Positions 26,300-38,368 of a stretch of 48,871 bases of DNA are shown here, in pieces. Origin of the DNA: Octopus bimaculoides (lineage: Eukaryota). Each line of letters opens with the position of its first letter. The stretch's first letter is position 1. The DNA is taken from assembly GCF_001194135.2 (NCBI RefSeq), contig NC_068981.1:180168039-180216909 (forward strand), given 5' to 3'. The translations under genes and the position numbers were made by a program. The notes below the pieces were generated by a model. The model was not told the origin of the DNA. It was given only the letters and a program-made list of their open reading frames with translations, and ran no database searches.

Positions 26300-27450
26300 G
26301 TGTGCGTGTGTCTCTCCAAAATGTATACGTAGTTTAACAGTTCATAGCTCAGTCTTTATTTCTTTTTAGATTTAACCCATTAGAAGCAAAGGAGAAAGCC
26401 AAACTGCTTTGAACAAGACAAACAATTCTTTTAAAGTGCATTGAAAATGCAAATACAATTTGACGGTTTAGGATGGAGCTTCAACCACATCCATGTACGC
26501 AATTTACCATCAACTGAATTAGCGAGAACAAATTGCCAGGGGCTCAAGAAAATCTGTGCTGTAAACAAGGCATATACTAAGGATCTCAAAATTAAGCATC
26601 CATCGCATTTTGAAGCCCTGTTATTGGAAAAGTTACATTCCGAGAATAGTTCATGCTCTCAATGAAGATTATCTGGACCGAAAAACGATGTTTTGCGAAT
26701 GGTACTGAGCAAGATGTGCAGAAGGTGCACACTTTCCAATATAGATCGTTTTGGAGCAATGATGCTGCATTTAAACTGAATCTCTTCGGACCATATAAAC
26801 TGAATTATATACTACGGACCTGAAAATATCACAAGCCTGAAAATATGCATATTACTAAGTAACATCGTGTTTACTTACCTGCGGTTAGATTATGGAACAA
26901 CTTATCATGAAAAGGATTAATTGAACCAGTCCGTTTGGTAGGGAGACTGATCATATTTTCTCGAACTGACTGCAACAGTCTTCCCTGCCAAGCAATCAAG
27001 AGGCATTTGACGATGTGGAGATTTATTTCCACAAATGGGACAGTCCCTCACTAACATACTAATATGAAAGCCCACTCTGATGAGATTTCACCAAACAAGC
27101 GGATTGGACAATAAGGTCCAACACAAGGCCCTTTGCTTTCACCGGAACTCACACCATGAGACTTCCGTTACAAGAGACGGTACAAAACCGGCAACAATCA
27201 ATGTATTGGCAGCCACTAAAGGGCAATATGTAAAAATGCTAAAAGAAATGTTTCTTAGTGTTTGCAATGATATTCCTTCGCGCTATAAGCAAGCATGGGA
27301 CCAGAACAATCACCAGTTTGAAAGTAGACGTTCCTAAACAAAAAATAAAATTCTGTCTGAAGATTTTATTTAATTTTGAAAATGAAAAGTACTTTAATAA
27401 AACTAAATTTATACTAATTCAATGTGTATATACACTTTTGGTGACAAGCT
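26300..27450 (+). mobile_element. Decayed Tc1/mariner-superfamily transposase, rosa/DD41D-like
   Basis: [27 protein letters not shown](W)SNDAAFKLN, DVEIYF....SP.H, DEISPNKRIGQ*GP, SPELTP*DF, KPATIN, RYKQAWDQNNHQFE*. Many frameshifts. TIRs are uncertain. Confidence 0.75.
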
Positions 27451-27636
27451 ATATATATATATATAAATTTTATAATTATAAGCATGATTATAATTAGGGT
27501 TCAGCAAAGTTGCTTCACCACATACCGAAATTTAGAAATAGCAGTTACATACTATTCCATTACCATAAGATATCTCCCAGACAGCAATACTTCCAACTCA
27601 CGAAGGCAAAGAGAAAAAAATAACGAATCCACATGG

Positions 27637-27708
27637 CTATGTACGCGTTTCTGGATTAAAGAGATGTAAAATATCATTTTTACCCACTAATTTCCGTCTT
27701 CAGTGTAG
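27637..27708 (-). ncRNA. Decayed minimal type I hammerhead motif of Penelope type
   Basis: Minus: CTACA CTGAAGA CGGA...TCCA GAAAC GC GTA CATAG. The core and palindromic ACGCGT stem III are intact. Stem I and stem II mismatches are all explained by CpG to CpA changes. Confidence 0.6.
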
Positions 27709-27861
27709 TATTTCAATTGTAAATTTGAGAGTACTAATAATTAAAATATATTTTCGACCAAGCGCCATCGAATAGCTTATATCCCAAAACCAGTACTTCC
27801 GATTTTATTTAGATGAGTGAGAACTCGCATTCTTCCGCAATCACCCACGTGTGCAACGAGT

Positions 27862-27899
<38 letters not shown>

Positions 27900-28528
27900 N
27901 NNNNNNNNNNNNNNNNNNNNNNNNNNNNNNNNNNNNNNNNNNNNNNNNNNNNNNNNNNNNNNNNNNNNNNNNNNNNNNNNNNNNNNNNNNNNNNNNNNNN
28001 NNNNNNNNNNNNNNNNNNNNNNNNNNNNNNNNNNNNNNNNNNNNNNNNNNNNNNNNNNNNNNNNNNNNNNNNNNNNNNNNNNNNNNNNNNNNNNNNNNNN
28101 NNNNNNNNNNNNNNNNNNNNNNNNNNNNNNNNNNNNNNNNNNNNNNNNNNNNNNNNNNNNNNNNNNNNNNNNNNNNNNNNNNNNNNNNNNNNNNNNNNNN
28201 NNNNNNNNNNNNNNNNNNNNNNNNNNNNNNNNNNNNNNNNNNNNNNNNNNNNNNNNNNNNNNNNNNNNNNNNNNNNNNNNNNNNNNNNNNNNNNNNNNNN
28301 NNNNNNNNNNNNNNNNNNNNNNNNNNNNNNNNNNNNNNNNNNNNNNNNNNNNNNNNNNNNNNNNNNNNNNNNNNNNNNNNNNNNNNNNNNNNNNNNNNNN
28401 NNNNNNNNNNNNNNNNNNNNNNNNNNNNNNNNNNNNNNNNNNNNNNNNNNNNNNNNNNNNNNNNNNNNNNNNNNNNNNNNNNNNNNNNNNNNNNNNNNNN
28501 NNNNNNNNNNNNNNNNNNNNNNNNNNNN

Positions 28529-28607
<79 letters not shown>

Positions 28608-28986
28608 ACTTGTTGTTTCCCTTTTTGATCTGTGAATCAAATACACGGAGTAGAACATATTGGTGTATAATGATGACGTGATATAAGGTGGAAAACAAAA
28701 GATATATAAAGGGAGAGAAACGGGAAGTTTTAAAAATATTGGTGAGGAAGAATCGGATTTAAACAGTGTAGAAATGATTCCAAAAAACACAAGAAATATA
28801 AGCGTAAAATTGTAGACAATACGGTAGACAATGGGATATATAACGAGTTAATGTTCATGGGAAGAGATACAATGAGGAACTGTAAACAGGTATAAAGGAG
28901 ATGAAATGTAAAAGAAACGAGATCAATGTAGAGAAAGAGCGATAAAGAGAATATGTAAACTGGAGAAAAGGATGGTGATATAAAAA

Positions 28987-29243
28987 GAGAAGGCTGGAAA
29001 TGGAAAGTTGATATGATAAAGGGGTTAAAATAAAGATGAAGACATGTTTTCTGTAATGTGTGAAAACAACCAGTGTATGGAATTCAAAAAGAGTATAAAG
29101 ATGGCATTTGTAATCATAGGAAAAAAGTTTTGTCTAATAAATATATAAACAGAAATTGATCATATGCCAAAAGAAAACTTTCTTTATGGTGTATATATTT
29201 TCCTATATACATCAAATGATATATGATCTTATTAATTTGTGAA
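28987..29243 (+). repeat. Diverged direct repeat, copy B (partner 24709-24984)
   Basis: See copy A. The offset is about 4.27 kb. Confidence 0.7.
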
Positions 29244-29480
29244 ATAAAACTATCCTATCGCTCTAGCCGTATAGCTGCCTACCTGATTAAATATACTCGC
29301 GCGCGCACAAACACATGCACACAAATATATAAATATTATCGACCATATATACTCAACGTATATGCTTTATTTATTTTTGAATGGACAGGCTTTAATCCAA
29401 ATCACTACAATTGTTTCTGTACATTAGTACGAGCTGGAAATTGCTGGGTGTTTTACGTTTTATACACAATTTTAAAATAT

Positions 29481-29522
29481 GATCCAACAATATCTGTATA
29501 CCTACACGTCTTCAGGGGATTT
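29481..29522 (-). ncRNA. Hammerhead relic, core broken
   Basis: Minus: ATCCC CTGAAGA CGTGTA GGTA TACAG ATA TTGT TGGATC. Stems I and II are recognisable, but GAAA is mutated. Confidence 0.4.
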
Positions 29523-30942
29523 TGGGTTCGCGAGCACAGCTGGATCATAGCTTCTTATTGTTTTATACCCATATTCCAGTTTTAGCATCCCATTGACCAA
29601 GAGCGACTTGGAAACACAAGGAGATTCAAATTATACAAAATATTAAATATGAATTAATAGAAATAACAATCAAATATATAAACTATAAAATAAACAGACC
29701 AAAATAAATTAATCAAAATAAAATATATAAAATGAAGATAAACCTCATATTCAATCCATTCTTAAGCACAGATATGCCTCGACTTTAATGAAGATAGATG
29801 ATGACCCTAAGACCGGAAACATATAGACCGGAAAGATTCCTCATCTCTTGTATCTGTTAGCATTCTACTACAGAAGAAATTATTTGCGCGTTCTCAACTC
29901 TTTACTACGACAGAATATTCGTCATTTAATATATAGAATTACGTGTTTACAGAAATACATTGAAATTCGTAATAACTTGATGCCGACTTCTTGGAATTTT
30001 AAAGTAATAAGAACAAACTATTTAATAAGTTATGGAGAAATTAGCTTTTCAATAGAATATATTTACATTTCCCTTTCTTTTGTATGTATGTTTTCACAGA
30101 ATATAGCAATTCAATCTACTGAATTGTTTGACTGTCGCTTACCTCGATCACAGAAACGTAACTTCTTGGTCTAGATTATTTTGTTTCGACCAATGTGTTT
30201 TCGACTAATGTGTTGTCGACGAATTCAGTTTATTTCTAGCAAATCTTCCTAAGCCTCTGTGTATGCGTGTGTGCGCCCGCGTGTTTGTGTGTGTGTGATG
30301 TTATAAGGAGCACAAAATTGTATCTGACGCTGTCTTTTCACTTTAACATTTCTCAAACTACATAAATGCTCTTATTCGTTTCCTTTCCTGAATATTTTCC
30401 TGTCATTCTGCTTCCAGTTCTTCTTTATACATGTTATTTCGTCATTCTTTTTCCTTTTCATGTTATGACATATAATCAGTCTGTTGTTCACCGTCCACGT
30501 CTTCTCTTTGTATTTGTTCACTTTCTTTTCACTAACATAAGTATCCTGTATATTCGGGTTCGGTTATATGGCTTCTATATCCGTTGATTTTCATTTCAAT
30601 GTTCTTTTATCTCCCATGTTCTCCAGTCATCCTTCGCTTGTATCGTCTCATTCTTTCCTAGTATTTCATGTCTTCATTTCGATCTGAAGTGAACAAATCT
30701 TTCTCTTTCTTTTTAAATGACAAATGAGTTTTTACAGCGAAAGTTTTTCAGTAATGCAAGAGCATAACTGACGATAGAAGCTAACAAGAGGCTGGAATAG
30801 CTTCCCTGCTATCTTGCTGTTGTTCCATGCATGAATGTAAGAATGAATTAATCTAGAAAACGATGATTCACGCTCATACTCACTTTTACAAACACTCAAA
30901 CTGTTCACTATACTCTGCAAAGAACTTAACATGTAGAGTAGA

Positions 30943-30953
30943 GTAGAGTAGAG

Positions 30954-31029
<76 letters not shown>

Positions 31030-31130
31030 CCGACAGACAGACGGACAGACGGACAGATAGACAGAAGGACAGACAAACGGGCAAGCAGACAGACAGACAG
31101 ACAGACAGAAAGACAGACAGACAGACAGAC

Positions 31131-31194
<64 letters not shown>

Positions 31195-31290
31195 GGATGG
31201 ACGGACGGACGGACGGACGGACGGACAGACGGACGGACGGACGGACAGACGGACGGACGGACGGACAGACGGACGGATTGATCTATCGAT
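30943..31290. repeat. Compound microsatellite (AGAGT)n-(AGAT)n-(AGAC)n-(GGAC)n
   Basis: Direct reading. Confidence 0.95.
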
Positions 31291-31371
31291 GAGATAGATT
31301 TAGATATGAATGCGTATAAACATGTGTGTGAGTGTGTACGTATGCATATTGTATTTCTCTTCCAAGGGATA

Positions 31372-31731
31372 CAAGCGTGGCTGCGTGATAAGAAGCTTTC
31401 TTCCCAACCACATAGTTTCGAGTTCTGTCCCACTGCGTAGCATCTTGGGCAAGTGTCTTCTACTATAGCCTCGGACCGACCAAAGCTTTGTGAGTGGATT
31501 TGACGGACGGAAACCGAAAGAAATCCATCACGCGTAGATATATCATCGTTTGGCAGCCGAAGTTGGTTTGTTTACGTCCCCGTAACTTAGCGGTTCGGCA
31601 ATAGAGTGAGATAGAATAAGTACTAAGCTTACCAAGAATAACTCCTGGTGTCGATTTCTCTAACATTGCTTGAGGTGGTGCTCCAGCATGACCGCAGTGA
31701 GAATACTGAAATAATAAAAGAATAAAAGAAT
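31372..31731 (+). mobile_element. Full-length CORE-type SINE without the internal microsatellite
   Basis: Head GCGTGGCTGCGTGATAAGAAGC, core CTTGGGCAAGTGTCTTCTACTATAGCCTCGG, tail CTCCAGCATGACCGCAGT..ATAAAAGAATAAAAGAAT. Confidence 0.88.
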
Positions 31732-31732
31732 G

Positions 31733-31763
<31 letters not shown>

Positions 31764-31864
31764 ATATAATCTTTTATTCTTTTATATATGTATATATATC
31801 CTTTTATTCGTTTATTCACACACATACACACACGTGTGTGTGTGTATGTGTGTGTTTGTGTGCA

Positions 31865-31990
31865 CGACAGGCTTCCACAGAATTTCCATCTACCATGTCA
31901 ATTCACGAGACAGTGGTCAGTTCGAGACTATAGCAGAACACATCTGCCCAGGGTGTTTCAGAATAAGACCCAGATCAAAACCAAGTGGCT
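31865..31990 (-). mobile_element. Degenerate CORE-type SINE head
   Basis: GGCTTCCACAG..TTTCCATCTACC..GACTATAGCAGAACACATCTGCCCAGGGTG. Confidence 0.55.
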
Positions 31991-33749
31991 TTTGTTATAC
32001 AAGTCTCTTTCTTAACCTCGGAGCCATACCTCAAAATATAAGTAGATATTTACGTTATATAAATGCGGAGCATTTTAGTCCCGTTTCCAATATGATTTGA
32101 ACATATTTCTTCAATATGTAGGATTATGAACAAGTTCTCGTTGGATGCTTTCCGTTAACAGTTTTAACGAATATATTTGTCACCTTGCAATAATTGTTTT
32201 AGTTCTTTGTATTCTTGGTTCAAATCACACTGCAGTCAACATTAATTTTCAACCCTCCACTATCAATAAATAAGTATCCCTCAAGTACCGAGGTAATTCT
32301 TGCGCCTGTCTCACTCACTAAAAGTCGGTTTCGATAGACGGTGCCTGGGTCGCGAGTTCCATCGGGACGTTCATTTTATTCCAAGAAGTGGAGGATGGTT
32401 GAACTACAGTCAAGCAACCTCTTCTCAAGAGGAACACTACAAAACCCGCGGAAGGATGAACTATAGAGCAAGCAGCGGTTAAGAACGTAATAGCCACATT
32501 TTTATTTTGTGACACATGTTTAATTCCACCTGAATCATCTGTTTTCAGCCATGAAATATTGATCTCTCTTGTGATGGTAGATATCTTATAGAAGTGGTGT
32601 TGCCAACAGCGTAACGTATGCATTGTAACATTCCAAGGACAAGAGACAGTTTGCTAAAAGAAACAGGTCGTAAAAAGTTATGCAACAATACTACAAAATG
32701 CAAAGAAGAAATACTTTAGATTGATTATTAATGCTAATATTTGAGAGGTCTCAGTAAATAAAAACAACTAATCCCAACGGTGCGAAGCATGTCAAACGTT
32801 ACACAGAAAAAAACTGGAATATGATGACTGAATTGGAGCAAGAAGAAAAAAATATTACAAACTAATATGACAGTGATATTCCATCCACACAGATCACAGA
32901 CTACTTACAGTTTTGTCATTCATTGTAATACAATGAATTTGTAATATAGCTTTCAGAGTACATCACAGTACCTTTCATAAGGGATATCCTTTAGGATATA
33001 ATATCAAACGTATCAAACGTAAGAATCAGAGGAGAAAGAGAGTTAAAGATGAAGTTCGATAGATAAAGAGGAAGTATAAATGAAGGGGGAGAAACAGAGA
33101 GAGAAATAGAGAGACAGAAGAGAGAGGGAGAGAGAGGAGAGAGAAAAATTTGGAAACCAAGCGCAGATTTGATTAAAGAGCTAAATAAACATACATCTTT
33201 AAAGAAATCCTCAAAGAATTTATATCTAAGACATTCTTTTAATCAATCAGTCAAGGAATTGATAATAATATTTTCCCGTTTGTAGCGAGAATGATAATTC
33301 AAAACATCATATCTATCAGAAGAAATATGAAGTTTTAGAGGGACAGAAACTTCAACAGAAATCATTAATTGAAATATGACCTGATTTAACTATTTTTGAG
33401 AAACTGCAAAGTCTTTTCTTGATGGACTCATAAGGTGAATAGACACGAAAAAATTATTTGCTATTTTAATTAGTCTTCAATTCTTTTATCTTCAATTCTT
33501 TTACTGGTTTCAGTCATAATATCCCCAATGCCAGTCCTATGCCTGTCACATGTTTCATTGATCTCGTAAAATACGAAACTCAATGTGGACATTGATGATT
33601 CAACAGGAAATGGATACTAAAGGATATTTCTATCCGTCTATATTTGTTTCCCTACGCTGGTATAAATATGCATACATAGATACAGGTTTCGTCTACCAAT
33701 TTTCATTCCTAAGGTAATCTTTACTGGAGAAAACATAGGCGTTTGCCAC

Positions 33750-34720
33750 TTCTGAGAGACTTTTCAGAAATAACTTTCAACTCATTTCTACAGGACAGTG
33801 GCCATTCTGCTTCTAATCTCGATCCACTTTGTAATGGAAATCTGGACCGAATCATATCCGAAGTACTTTAATGAGTCTGTGAGACCAACGCTCTCCAGCA
33901 GCCTAACTTCAAATTTATGCACTTGTCCCAGATAGCTTTTTTTTTTTCCTGTTACCAATAATTTTTTATATAGAACGTTATCGGCAGCTTCAAATTACTG
34001 TGATGTCCGACATCAGTACTCTACCTTTACCACTTCTCAATACCTCTTTTATTTTCAACGAATTAGCACATACAGAAGAGATGAGTGAGCTATCATGTTA
34101 AGCAGGAGTTAATAGAGTGAAATCGTCAATAACTGCTTTCTGAAGCGGGCCAATTGAGTAAACTCGATAAGTCTTGTAATAGCCATATAGATGTATAATA
34201 ATTAGAAAACGCATCTGTTAGACAGGGCGTCGTACCGCAAGCAAATCCTCTTGTACATTGAAAAGATCCAACCTATGAGAAAGTATCCGTAATTTGGAGC
34301 TAAACGCGAAGAAACGAATACTGTCTCCATCGAAATATTTCGATTGACTGAAATTTATCCGAGCACTAACAAAGTCAGGTCTTTCCCACCCACGCTTAAT
34401 GTATGTTGTGAGGTGGAGATTTTCGTCAATAGATATCAAGTGATTGTGCTGGCTTGCGCTCTCCAAACATCAGTACTGACGATAAGCACAAACTTCTTAA
34501 CTAGATCCTCGCCCAAACATCTTAAAACCTCCGTTTAGAACAGTTGTAGGTCAAAGCAATTTTCAATATCACTCTCTTTTGCGTCTTTCCTCAGCAGCGC
34601 TGCATTCCTTACAGATTCCTAGAGTTGTAATTTTTTCTAGCACTGTGCGGTCGCATTTTCATCACAAAACAGTTGGAATTGTCAAAGCTAAATCACAAGC
34701 ACTTAGATATAAATGAATAA
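33750..34720 (-). pseudogene. Possible decayed transposon-protein coding relic, family uncertain
   Basis: Minus pieces FSFDNSNC(L)FCDENA, ESVRNAALLRKDAKESDIENCFDL and EVRLLESVGLTDSLKYFGY sit in a microsatellite-free block with mixed base composition. Several stops. Confidence 0.25.
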
Positions 34721-36338
34721 AAGCTGTTTACTAAACGAGATTGCAGAGACGCGACGTTAAAGCAAAATCGCAATTCGTTCTTTGAAATACCGGTACAAAG
34801 GTGAACTATGTGACATTCCGTCGGAGCTTTGCTCAATGGCCAAGGCGAGTGATGGACTGCAGATCGCCTTGGATTTTTATGTCAATCTCGATGGTCTCTC
34901 GTGGACTGTGCCAGAAGAGGCAAAGTGCTGAGAAAAGCTAACAACGACAGCTAAATTACATTAAGTGGTTGTTCAGGAAGCAAATTACCTGCTTTAGATT
35001 ATCCGCCTCATGAACTTTACTTATGCATGTCAGATGTGTTCACTGATGCTTTAGCAGATGTCCACTGATATTGGCAACAATTTCTTAGACACTTGCCTGG
35101 CGATATACATCCACACATCCCACTCTCAAGATGTTTATTTCGGAATTATTGATTCTGTGAAGGATTATTAATACATTCTAGTTGGGAGGAAACTGTTCAT
35201 ATAGACCCAGATCCATTGGAACTTTTTTCATAGTCCTGCATTTTCCAGTTTTCTTCTTACCGAGCAGCTAGTATATACTTGTTTAGGAGTTGTGGTTTCC
35301 ATTCCCTCCCTCTATGTTCCCAAATTCGTAGGAGTTATTTTATGGTTGTAATTCTATGAACACCATCAATTCATTGTTATTGCGAGTAGTGAAAAGTGTT
35401 GCTGTTGGTTTTGTTATTGCCCTTACATTTATTGTTGTTATAGTTGTGGCTTTTCATGTTTTTTGGCCAGTTATTATAGGTGATTTTACTGTTCGTATTT
35501 GTTTTTGATATTTCTTAGCATCTGACAGGTCAGTCAAACACACTATTCTTCTGGGTAATTTAGGTATGCCAACATTTCTGAATTTAAGGCTCTTTTTCCT
35601 TTTAGACCTGAACAAAGTGGAGTTTCCTTATTCAACTCTATCGCTTTACGAGATGTTTAAAGGAGACAAAGACAATGGCATGTCCGAGAGAATTTCAGTT
35701 TTTTCTCTTTTTTAGTTATTCGCGCGAGAGCATTAGTGAAAAGGCTTTCATGAAGGAAAGATGCTTGCTTTTCAGAGAATAATTTTAGCTGCTAATTTTG
35801 TCTTTTTTTTTTTTGTTTTGTTTTGTTAATGGTATTGACAGCAGTGTCGCTTGTATTGTAATCACTGCTTTATATAGAAGTAGAAAAACCTAAGATGGTT
35901 AATACCACTGCAATAAAAGGGCTCTTTTCCCTTTTACTTTTTGTCCTTCAACTTCACTGGTGCCATAAATAATTGCGTTTCTTCAATATAGAATTGATTT
36001 GTCAGTTTTACAGTTTGCTGCTGTGACTAATATTTAGTACCTAGATTTCCAACGAAGTTCCTGAACATTTTTGTTGAGAGGAAGACCGATACATAGTATG
36101 CCTCATTTTCTCTTACTATTGTACTGCCACAAAAATTCCACTAATCTGTGCTTCGTGTTACCAGTGCCATCTTAAGGCAACTGTCCGAGAGCCGCACAAC
36201 CCTAGAGACTCAATGCTAACCTATGCATGAGATCAATAATTACTATAGGCCCCAGTATATCACATTGGTTTATAAGGCTGTTAAGAAAACCCTAAATGAC
36301 ATATTATCAATTGCTGGGTTTTGTTTTTAATTTTGCAG

Positions 36339-36441
36339 GGTGTCGAAAATCCACCCTCCTCACCTAGAAATCTTAGTAGGGTTGCCGGATTAATCGCCGA
36401 CGACTCGACGGTTTCACAACGCCACTTGTTGATCATTCTGG
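36339..36441 (+). other. Candidate isolated 103-nt exon
   Basis: Acceptor TTTTGTTTTTAATTTTGCAG|, donor G|GTAATT, and open frame GVENPPSSPRNLSRVAGLIADDSTVSQRHLLIILG. No homology recognised. Confidence 0.2.
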
Positions 36442-36735
36442 GTAATTCTTGTTCAATATTTTACTTTCACTATTACTACTATAATCCCTGTCTTATTTTT
36501 TCCTAGTTCACTACCATAGTATCACAATTATTACTATAATTATATTATTACTCTAAGGCCGAGGGGTCCTAATATTGTCTCCCCTGATTTCTTTAGACAA
36601 GAACTGATGACAAATTTATGATGCTGCGGCGTTAAATGGAGACGTTGGCTTGTGTCTACTAATACAGGCTGTTTGATTGGACTGCCAGTTGATATGGCTG
36701 GCAATCGATTAAGGGCGGGTTAGAGGGGATGTTTG

Positions 36736-37030
36736 AGAGTAGCGTCGGCAAGTTGGGACTACCATAGCTAAGATATCGAAGTTTATAACTAACATTTCAC
36801 AGTTTTAAGAAGCTATAGTATTCTACCTATAAACACTCCATCGTATTTACGATGAAGGAATTTATCGATGGCAAATCACATCGTACTTGAAATATAAAAG
36901 TCTTTAAATATCTCAAAGTTTTAGCAAACATAGAAGGTACTAGAAAAGGCTTACACATTTTGGGGCGGGGAGCTGCTAAATCATTCATCTTGTGAATAAT
37001 TTCAACAGCACTGAGGACCCATTGGAAGAA

Positions 37031-37107
<77 letters not shown>

Positions 37108-37421
37108 GGGGGAGAGAGAAAGGGAAACGAAGAAGAAGGAGGCAGGTAAGCTCGCCAAAATCCCAGCGTGGGAGCGAATTTATGTATAAAACTCTAGATT
37201 TCTTTGGGAGGACCTAGCACAGCTAAAATATAGAAAATTTATAAAATTTTAAAGAGTAGCGTCGGAAAGTTGGGACTACCATAACTAAGATATCGAAGTT
37301 TATAAACAGCATTTCTCAGTTTTAAGAAGCTATAGTATTCTATCTATAAACACCCCATCGTATTTACAATGAAGGAATTTATCGATGGCAAATCACATCG
37401 TACTTAAAATATCAAAGTCTT
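36736..37421 (+). repeat. 169-bp direct repeat pair (36736-36904 and 37253-37421) around a (GA)n tract
   Basis: About 11 mismatches counted by eye, no indels. Confidence 0.9.
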
Positions 37422-37719
37422 GAGTTTCTCTTGATCTCAAACATTGACTCTTTGTAAATTAGCGCCCAATCTTATATATTAATCGGACGAAACTTGTAAT
37501 TTTGGTTGTTAGATTCGTTTCAAAACATTCTATAATGAAGGAGGATATTTAAAACTCTCAGTATCTCATTCTAATCCAGGAATATTATAGATGTATTCTT
37601 TCTCGAAATATGTGTATGAGATTGCTGTTTTCATTGTTGTTGTTGTTGTTGCTGCTGCTGTTGCTGTAACTGTTGATATTTCTATCGTTATTTTGGTGTT
37701 GTTTTCTATTTTCTTCTAC

Positions 37720-38368
37720 CTTTCTATTGGTTCAGTCATTTAACTGCGGACGCGCTGGAGTACCGCCAGGAAGAGTTCCCTAGCTCGGTGAGATCGACCA
37801 CATTAATTATTATTGCTAAGTCTGGTACTTACTTTACCACCAACCCTTGCCGAACCGCCAAACCAACACCGATTTTCAAGCGGTGGTGGGGAGAACACAG
37901 ATACAAAAACACAGACACACACATATATATGTATACACAGATATATATGTACACACACGCACGCATACATATAGATATACGGCAGGCTTCCTCATAGTTT
38001 CCTATTTCTTTATTGCCCACAAGGGGCTAAACATAGAGGGGACAAACAAGGACAGACAAAGGGATTAAGTCGATTACATCGACCCCAGTGCGTAACTGGT
38101 ACTTGCTTTATCGACCCGAAAGTCGATCTCGGTGGAATTTGAACTCAGAACGTAACGGCAGACGAAATAACGCTAAGCATTTCGCCCGGTGTACTAACGT
38201 TTCTGCCAGCTCGCCGCCCTCATAGTTTCCGTCGACGAAACTCCCTCGCTAGGCATCAGTAGACGCGATATAGCAGAAGACACTTTCCGAAAGTGCCACG
38301 TAGTGGAACTGAAATCAAAACCACGTGGTTGCAAAACGAGCATCTTAACCACACAGTCATGCCTACGA
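37720..38368 (-). mobile_element. CORE-type SINE interrupted by a nested second-family SINE
   Basis: Tail at 37720-37990 and head at 38219-38368. Confidence 0.8.
38003..38218 (-). mobile_element. Second-family SINE nested in a CORE-type SINE, 12-bp TSD
   Basis: TSD CTCATAGTTTCC at 37991-38002 and 38219-38230. The body matches 23459-23743. Confidence 0.92.

Noticed and set aside
2221-28790. Long ORFs with X runs and YIYI/THTH/CVCV/SLSL peptides
   Set aside because: They are artefacts of N-gaps and dinucleotide microsatellites.
29795-29830. ATGATGACCC..CCGGAAACATATAG, hammerhead-like
   Set aside because: The core C is missing, and stems I and III cannot be formed.
32300-32623. Overlapping short ORFs in a GC-richer patch
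   Set aside because: No recognisable domain or convincing splice signals.
36160-36600. CCAGTGCCATCTTAAGGC as a hAT-MITE left end
   Set aside because: No matching right TIR or TSD found.
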